Made by a program: the position numbers and the translations under genes
Shown: one piece after another, positions 58,760 to 64,000 of the stretch
Position numbering within the stretch: the stretch's first letter is position 1
Layout of the letters: every line of letters begins with the position of its first letter
Notes under the pieces: generated by a model
Seen by the model: the letters and a program-made list of their open reading frames with translations, nothing else
What the model was told of the DNA's origin: nothing
Database searches by the model: none
Assembly (NCBI GenBank): GCA_965207375.1
Contig: OZ242274.1
Location: 768,001-832,000, forward strand
Source of the DNA: Nitrosopumilaceae archaeon
GTDB taxonomy: Archaea > Thermoproteota > Nitrososphaeria > Nitrososphaerales > Nitrosopumilaceae
DNA: 64,000 bases
Reading direction: 5' to 3'

Positions 58760-59497
58760 TTATCCAAATACGGTTCCCTCAAATCTGTTGTTTTTAACTG
58801 CATTTATGATTCTCTGCGGCTTGTTGCCGTTTACAAAAAAGACCCTCAACCCAAGCCTTGAGATATTTTCTGCCTCCTTGATTTTTCTGCTCATTCCTCC
58901 GGTAACATCTCCTTTGACCTCTGAGACCTTTATTTTTTTATCCCCAATCTCAGCAATTAGCCTTTTTGACTTTGGATCCGAATAAACCCCGTCAACATTT
59001 AACGCAAATATGGACAATCTAGGACGCACAACCCTTGCAAGCAGCGTCATGATTTTATCCCCCGATAATATGTATGATTTTTTCTGCCCATACCATATTG
59101 CATCGCCATATGTGACAGGTACTAGTCGTGCATCTGCAATTTTTTCAACCTCTAAAATCTTTTTTCTAATTGGTTTGTTGCCGCTCATAAAACATGCAGG
59201 AGGAATCGAATACGGATTGAGCCTGTTTTTTTCAAGGGCATCTAGTATTAGCTTATCTAACTGTATCATAGAGTTTTTTACGACTGAGACGCCGTGCAAA
59301 TCGTATCTTGCAGGCTTTGTATGCATGTCATATTTTACCGACCAGTAATGCCCATACGAGCCCCCGCCGTGAACAATTATGAACGGCTCGTCTATTTTCT
59401 TGAAGCTTTTTACAAGCAAGTCAATGGCCTTTCTTCGTGCCGATAGCGCCCTTTGTTTATTTGTAATTACAGAACCTCCTAATTTTACGAGAATCAT
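58760..59497 (-). CDS. ipk: Isopentenyl phosphate kinase
   Basis: KLGGSVIT, VHGGGSYGH, SGD, DVTGGM..K. Confidence 0.9.
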   Translation of the reverse strand: MILVKLGGSVITNKQRALSARRKAIDLLVKSFKKIDEPFIIVHGGGSYGHYWSVKYDMHTKPARYDLHGVSVVKNSMIQLDKLILDALEKNRLNPYSIPPACFMSGNKPIRKKILEVEKIADARLVPVTYGDAIWYGQKKSYILSGDKIMTLLARVVRPRLSIFALNVDGVYSDPKSKRLIAEIGDKKIKVSEVKGDVTGGMSRKIKEAENISRLGLRVFFVNGNKPQRIINAVKNNRFEGTVFG

Positions 59498-59521
59498 ATT
59501 TTTACTAGATTTTTGTGTTAG

Positions 59522-60454
59522 TTAAAAAGTATCCAATCCGATATAATCAATCTTGGCATCAAAGCACTGTATTTGCTCTTTTATCTTTTTTATTTCATCG
59601 GTGTCGTATGTGTCTGCAATTGCAATAATGCATCCGCCGCCACCTGCTCCTGTAATTTTTGCACCCAAGCTTACCTTGTCTAGTCTGTCAATGATATTTT
59701 CCAATGTCTCATTTGAGACACCTATCTCTCTTAGATATGCATGATTTTGTTTCATCAATTCTCCCAATTTTGTGATATTTTCTGACTCGATCTCCTTTTT
59801 GATGCTTTGAACAAGTTTTGCCTCTTTTTTGCACAGCTGTTCAAACCTTTGCTGATTGTTTTTTTTAAATTCTGAGACCTTTGATACAATCTTGTCGGTA
59901 CGATGAATCATTTTTGAATTTGCTATAATCAGATTCAGATTCGGAGCAGATTCAATCCTTTCAAATCCCTCTTTGCTGTATCTGATAATGCCTCCAAACG
60001 TACATGCGGTACAGTCTGCACCCGAGGTGTTTTCAAAAATTGTTTTTTCAGCATCTATTGCCAGCTCACAAATCCTTTGTCTGTCATATTTTGCAAACAG
60101 GCCCGAAATTGATGCAGCAGCTGCCACACATGATGCAGAAGATGAACCCAATCCTACCCCGTGAGGTATTTCTGACCTTATTTGGATTTTTATTCCACCC
60201 GTATATTCAAACTCGCTGATCATTTTTTTTGCAAGAAACTCAAATGGGCGCAACTCTCTACTAGTCCCCTCCTCTGATATCTTGATTTCTGTGCTGTCAA
60301 GATGTGATTTTATTATTATGACAGGCTCTGATACCTTTTCGGAGGCAACTGTAATTCGTTTGTCAATGGCAGCTATGACTGCATCTGTGCCGTATACTAC
60401 AAAGTGCTCACCACACAAAATTATTTTGCCTGGTGCAGATGCCTTAGATATCAA
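59522..60454 (-). CDS. mvk: Mevalonate kinase
   Basis: PGKIILCGEH, GLGSSSA, SGAD, KITGAGGGG. Confidence 0.94.
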   Translation of the reverse strand: MISKASAPGKIILCGEHFVVYGTDAVIAAIDKRITVASEKVSEPVIIIKSHLDSTEIKISEEGTSRELRPFEFLAKKMISEFEYTGGIKIQIRSEIPHGVGLGSSSASCVAAAASISGLFAKYDRQRICELAIDAEKTIFENTSGADCTACTFGGIIRYSKEGFERIESAPNLNLIIANSKMIHRTDKIVSKVSEFKKNNQQRFEQLCKKEAKLVQSIKKEIESENITKLGELMKQNHAYLREIGVSNETLENIIDRLDKVSLGAKITGAGGGGCIIAIADTYDTDEIKKIKEQIQCFDAKIDYIGLDTF

Positions 60455-61284
60455 GTAAATACAACCGATCCGTATCCTACCACCGAACTTTTATCTCCCG
60501 TAATGTCTCCGCTTGTTGCATATTGCAGTATTTGGCCTTTAGTGGCACCCAATTTTTTACATGCAGTCATCGTGGCAGCAATTGCCCCATATCCGCACGC
60601 AGAAACACCTTTCTTGTGCAGTACCGAATAAAATTCCTCTACATCTAACTCCTTGACAGTCTCTAATAATGCCAAATCCTGCCCATGGGCATATTGATTT
60701 GGCTCGTAATGCGTAAGATCTGATGATCCAACAATTATTGCCTTTTTCTTTGATGCAACCTTTGCAACTGCGTTGCCTATTTTTTCTGCCGTATCTTTGT
60801 CTTGATCCTTTAGCAAAATTGGCAGTATCTTGATATCTTGATATATTGACTGTAGCATAGGAATCTGCACCTCTAGACTATGATCCTTTGTATGTGAATC
60901 AAAGTCTACCTCTATGATTTCATCATACATTACTATGTCTTTTACGGCTTTAGAGTCTACCTCTATGTCTCCTAATGGAGTCTGCCAGATGCAATCTTTT
61001 AGAGTTGCAATGTCTACTCCAATCCCCCAGTGATTTGGGCCTATAATTATTGCTAGATCATACTTTTTTTTTGATATTGCATGATACGATTGAGCAGCTA
61101 CGGGCCCCGAATATGCGTATCCTGCATGTGGACTTAATATGCCGTAAACTTTTTTTGAATCAGTTACAGGCAGTCTGTCTTTTGGACCAAACTCATTTGA
61201 AAAGCAATTTTTAATCTCCTGATTTAGTTGATTTTTTTGATCTGAATAGAACGTGCCGGACACTGCCGGTGTCCTAATCTGCAT
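60451..61284 (-). CDS. MEMO1-family protein (AmmeMemoRadiSAM protein B)
   Basis: PHAGYAYSG, GPNH, DHSLEVQ, SSDLTHY, SACGYG, VVGY. Confidence 0.92.
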   Translation of the reverse strand: MQIRTPAVSGTFYSDQKNQLNQEIKNCFSNEFGPKDRLPVTDSKKVYGILSPHAGYAYSGPVAAQSYHAISKKKYDLAIIIGPNHWGIGVDIATLKDCIWQTPLGDIEVDSKAVKDIVMYDEIIEVDFDSHTKDHSLEVQIPMLQSIYQDIKILPILLKDQDKDTAEKIGNAVAKVASKKKAIIVGSSDLTHYEPNQYAHGQDLALLETVKELDVEEFYSVLHKKGVSACGYGAIAATMTACKKLGATKGQILQYATSGDITGDKSSVVGYGSVVFT

Positions 61285-61907
61285 TATTCAGTATCCTCTT
61301 CTGTGATTTTTGTTTCAAAATCCTCGATTTCATATTTCATTGGCTCTTCTTGTTGTAGCTTTCCCTGCTCGATTAAAATCTCACGAGCCAGCAACCAATA
61401 TACTGTTGCAAGTGCCTTTCTTCCCCTGTTGTTTGCAGGAATTATTAGGTCTATCTTTGATGTGAGATTGTCCGTATTTGAAATTCCAATTACTGGAATT
61501 CCTGCATTTGTAGCTTCTACAATTGCCTGCTCATCAACTTGGGGATCCGAAATCAAAACTAATTTTGGTTCAATGTAATATGGCAGTGACGGATTCGTCA
61601 ATGTTCCGGGCATGAATCTGCCAAGTAGATATTTTGCATCTGTCATCTCTGAAAATTTCTCAATTGGCATGTTTGCATACTGTCTGCCCGAGCAAACAAT
61701 GATGTTTTCTATGCCTATTCTGTTTACAAATTTTGCAGCAGTTTTTATTCTGTCTAGTGTTATGTCCAAGTCAAGCATGTAAAGTCCTTCCGGACTTGCC
61801 TTTGTGATAAATGACTTCATGAATGTAGTTTTGACCGGAGTACCTACCCTGATTCCGGTAGTAAGTATCTTCTTTTTAATGTCTTGGCCTTCTGTCTGTT
61901 GACTCAT
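61284..61907 (-). CDS. rps2: 30S ribosomal protein S2
   Basis: GRFMPGTLTN, PANNRGRKAL. Confidence 0.95.
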   Translation of the reverse strand: MSQQTEGQDIKKKILTTGIRVGTPVKTTFMKSFITKASPEGLYMLDLDITLDRIKTAAKFVNRIGIENIIVCSGRQYANMPIEKFSEMTDAKYLLGRFMPGTLTNPSLPYYIEPKLVLISDPQVDEQAIVEATNAGIPVIGISNTDNLTSKIDLIIPANNRGRKALATVYWLLAREILIEQGKLQQEEPMKYEIEDFETKITEEDTE

Positions 61908-61913
61908 CGATTT

Positions 61914-63152
61914 TTAAATTTCTATCATACCGCATATTAAATCATGCTCTGCTAGTCTTAGCAATTCGTTGAGTTTTGCCACTCTTTCGCCCCCTACCAC
62001 ACCTACTTTGAGCATTTTTGATTTTGTGGCAATGCCTATGTGTGAGATCTGCGAGTCATTTGATTCGCCTGATCTATGCGATGTGACTAGTTTGACATTG
62101 TTTTGATTTGCAAGATCGGCAAATTCTAGCGCATCAAACAAACTGCCTGCCTGATTCACCTTTAAAATCGCAGCGTTGCATGATTTTTTATCTATTGCCT
62201 TTTGTAAAATGTCTTTGTTTGTAACTGTAAGGTCGTCTCCAGTTATCATTGTGTTTGGAAATTTGGTAGCAATTACACTCATATCATCAAAGGCCTCCTC
62301 ATGAACCGAATCTTCTGCATAGATTAGTTTGTATTTGTCAATTAGTTTCGATGCAAATTCAATCTGTTCCTCTGCAGTATTTTCAAAGCCTGCCCTGTCA
62401 TAAAGATATTTTTGTTTTTGTTCACTCCACTGCGTTGATGATGCAAAATCAACTCCCAATGAAACTTCTCTTCCCAATGTGTATCCAAGATTTTCAATTG
62501 CTTCTGCTGAGACATCTAATGCTGTTTCGTTGTCTAATTTTGGAGCCCATCCGCCCTCGTCTCCTCTACCGTTTGTAAATGTAGGATCCTTTTTTTGCAG
62601 AATTTTTCTCAATTCTGTGTGTACTTGTAGATTTGTCTCTATTGATTCTTGTATTGTTTTTGCACCATTTGAACAAACTAGTATCTCCTGTATGTCTGGA
62701 GTGCCGGGACCTGCATGGGCACCTCCGCCCAAAATATTGCCTAACGGATACGGAAATTTATAATTCTGATCTTTTGTCAGAGTCTTAAACAGTGGCTGTC
62801 CTAGTGCCTTTGATGCCGAATCCATTGCAGCAATGGTAACTGCAAATGCAAGTGCTCCCCCGCATATTGCGTAATTTTGCGTATCATCAAATGTTTTGAT
62901 TGTATCATGTATGGATTTTAGATCATCTGAATCTAGTCCGATAAATTTTTGTGCATTAGCATTTAAAATCTGCAGACTCTTTTGCGGCTCTGAGTTTGGG
63001 AAACCTATTGCCTCATATTTTCCAACACTTGCACCAGAGGGGGAACACACCCTTGCCAGAAATTTACCATCTGACTCCACATCGACCTCGATGGTCTTGC
63101 TGCCTCTGCTGTTAAATAATTCCCTGCCCTTAACTGATGTAATCTTTGGCAA
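61914..63152 (-). CDS. eno: Enolase
   Basis: NSRG, PSGAS.G..EA, GDEGG, GDDL, ILKVNQAG, SHRSGE, ERVAKLNEL. Confidence 0.95.
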   Translation of the reverse strand: MPKITSVKGRELFNSRGSKTIEVDVESDGKFLARVCSPSGASVGKYEAIGFPNSEPQKSLQILNANAQKFIGLDSDDLKSIHDTIKTFDDTQNYAICGGALAFAVTIAAMDSASKALGQPLFKTLTKDQNYKFPYPLGNILGGGAHAGPGTPDIQEILVCSNGAKTIQESIETNLQVHTELRKILQKKDPTFTNGRGDEGGWAPKLDNETALDVSAEAIENLGYTLGREVSLGVDFASSTQWSEQKQKYLYDRAGFENTAEEQIEFASKLIDKYKLIYAEDSVHEEAFDDMSVIATKFPNTMITGDDLTVTNKDILQKAIDKKSCNAAILKVNQAGSLFDALEFADLANQNNVKLVTSHRSGESNDSQISHIGIATKSKMLKVGVVGGERVAKLNELLRLAEHDLICGMIEI

Positions 63153-63155
63153 AAT

Positions 63156-63392
63156 TTATTCTAACTCAGATTGAACTTCCTGATGTCTTTTGTGTATTGC
63201 CTCATAAAACGGAATAATCTGCTGTATGGTCTCCATAGATGTCAATAACATACGTCTACAACAATATCTTTTAATTCCAACTGCATCAAGTACTTTGTCT
63301 GGATCTTCACCTGACTTGACCCTATTCTGATAATCCTCGTGCTTGTCTGATATCAAATTTCCACATGTAAAACATCTCACAGGTATTAACAT
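63156..63392 (-). CDS. rpoN: RNA polymerase subunit N (Rpo10)
   Basis: MLIPVRCFTCG, RYCCRRM. Confidence 0.96.
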   Translation of the reverse strand: MLIPVRCFTCGNLISDKHEDYQNRVKSGEDPDKVLDAVGIKRYCCRRMLLTSMETIQQIIPFYEAIHKRHQEVQSELE

Positions 63393-63443
63393 ATTGCCAA
63401 AAAGCAATCAAGGATTATAAAAACCATGCAAGAAATTTCTATT

Positions 63444-63528
63444 GCGGGTGTCGCCCAGCCTGGCCAAAGGCGCTAGCTTGAGGGGCTAGTCTCTTAGGAG
63501 TTCGTGGGTTCAAATCCCATCGCCCGCA
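63444..63528 (+). tRNA. tRNA-Leu(GAG)
   Basis: GCGGGTG acceptor, CTAGC-TT-GAG-GG-GCTAG, GGTTCAAATCC. Confidence 0.95.
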
Positions 63529-63538
63529 TTTTTTGGAA

Positions 63539-64000
63539 TTATTTTGTTATTTTTTTGATTGTATCAATTAATGCCTTTCTTCTAATCTCTTCGGTAATTA
63601 CCATTCTGACATCTTCTACAAGTATTCTGTTGACATCTAACTTTCTCCGTGTTTCCTTTATGACTTTGTCCAAGCTTGCAAAAGGATACAGCAATGAAAA
63701 CAGCTCTTCCATAATATCAAAGACATCTAGTGCCTCTTTGAGATTATCCTTGCGAATATTATCTAATACAAACCGTTTTAGCTCTCCTATGCAATCTAAC
63801 AGTCCCAAAACGTAGCTTTCCGGAGATACATTTAGTGTATCTATTGAGGGAATCTGCTTTTTTTCAGCAATTGCAATTAATGCACTTGCCTCAACAAATT
63901 CCTGCTCTGGAATAATCAGATGTCTTTTTAGATCACCTTTTGATTTTTTTCTATATTCGTTGAGCAGCTTGTCTGCCATTTGCAGGTTAGATTTTGCATT
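63539..64000 (-). CDS. Translin-family RNA-binding protein (partial; 5' end beyond the window)
   Basis: QEFVEA, YVLGLLDCIGELKR, RRKLD. Confidence 0.85.
   Translation of the reverse strand, partial: NAKSNLQMADKLLNEYRKKSKGDLKRHLIIPEQEFVEASALIAIAEKKQIPSIDTLNVSPESYVLGLLDCIGELKRFVLDNIRKDNLKEALDVFDIMEELFSLLYPFASLDKVIKETRRKLDVNRILVEDVRMVITEEIRRKALIDTIKKITK

Noticed and set aside
57150-60454. Type-1 IDI alongside IPK and MVK as an unusual isoprenoid pathway
   Set aside because: An already known arrangement in Nitrosopumilaceae, not novel.
1-64000. CRISPR array or cas genes
   Set aside because: No short repeats with regular unique spacers; all periodic repeats lie inside protein-coding genes.

Overview
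AT-rich archaeal DNA whose gene content and protein sequences (SlaA-type S-layer protein, paired 4Fe-4S ferredoxins, aIF5B-ndk-L24e-S28e-L7Ae, kae1/bud32/tyw1/tgtA, rpoN-eno-rps2-mvk-ipk-idi-idsA) point to a Nitrosopumilaceae-type ammonia-oxidising archaeon. IS debris and enlarged surface proteins suggest, but do not prove, a host-associated lineage. Most of 18-64 kb is conserved housekeeping backbone with five canonical tRNAs and three thrombospondin type-3 repeat genes. The main points of interest are: (i) a 2,956-aa S-layer protein with about 1,400 aa of FN3, Ig-like and two periplasmic-binding-protein domains inserted inside its core; (ii) a tRNA-like gene (55191-55261) with an alanine G3:U70 acceptor stem but a GAA anticodon; (iii) a small defence/toxin-antitoxin islet (HD dNTPase + YwgA-like, HEPN-MNT, truncated MazF); (iv) a 99-bp inverted repeat bracketing gltX-FAH, suggesting an inversion; (v) an IS5-type element nested in an IS630-type element, MITE-like repeats and a decayed integrase next to tRNA-Arg. 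All family assignments come from motif recognition by eye; no searches were run.
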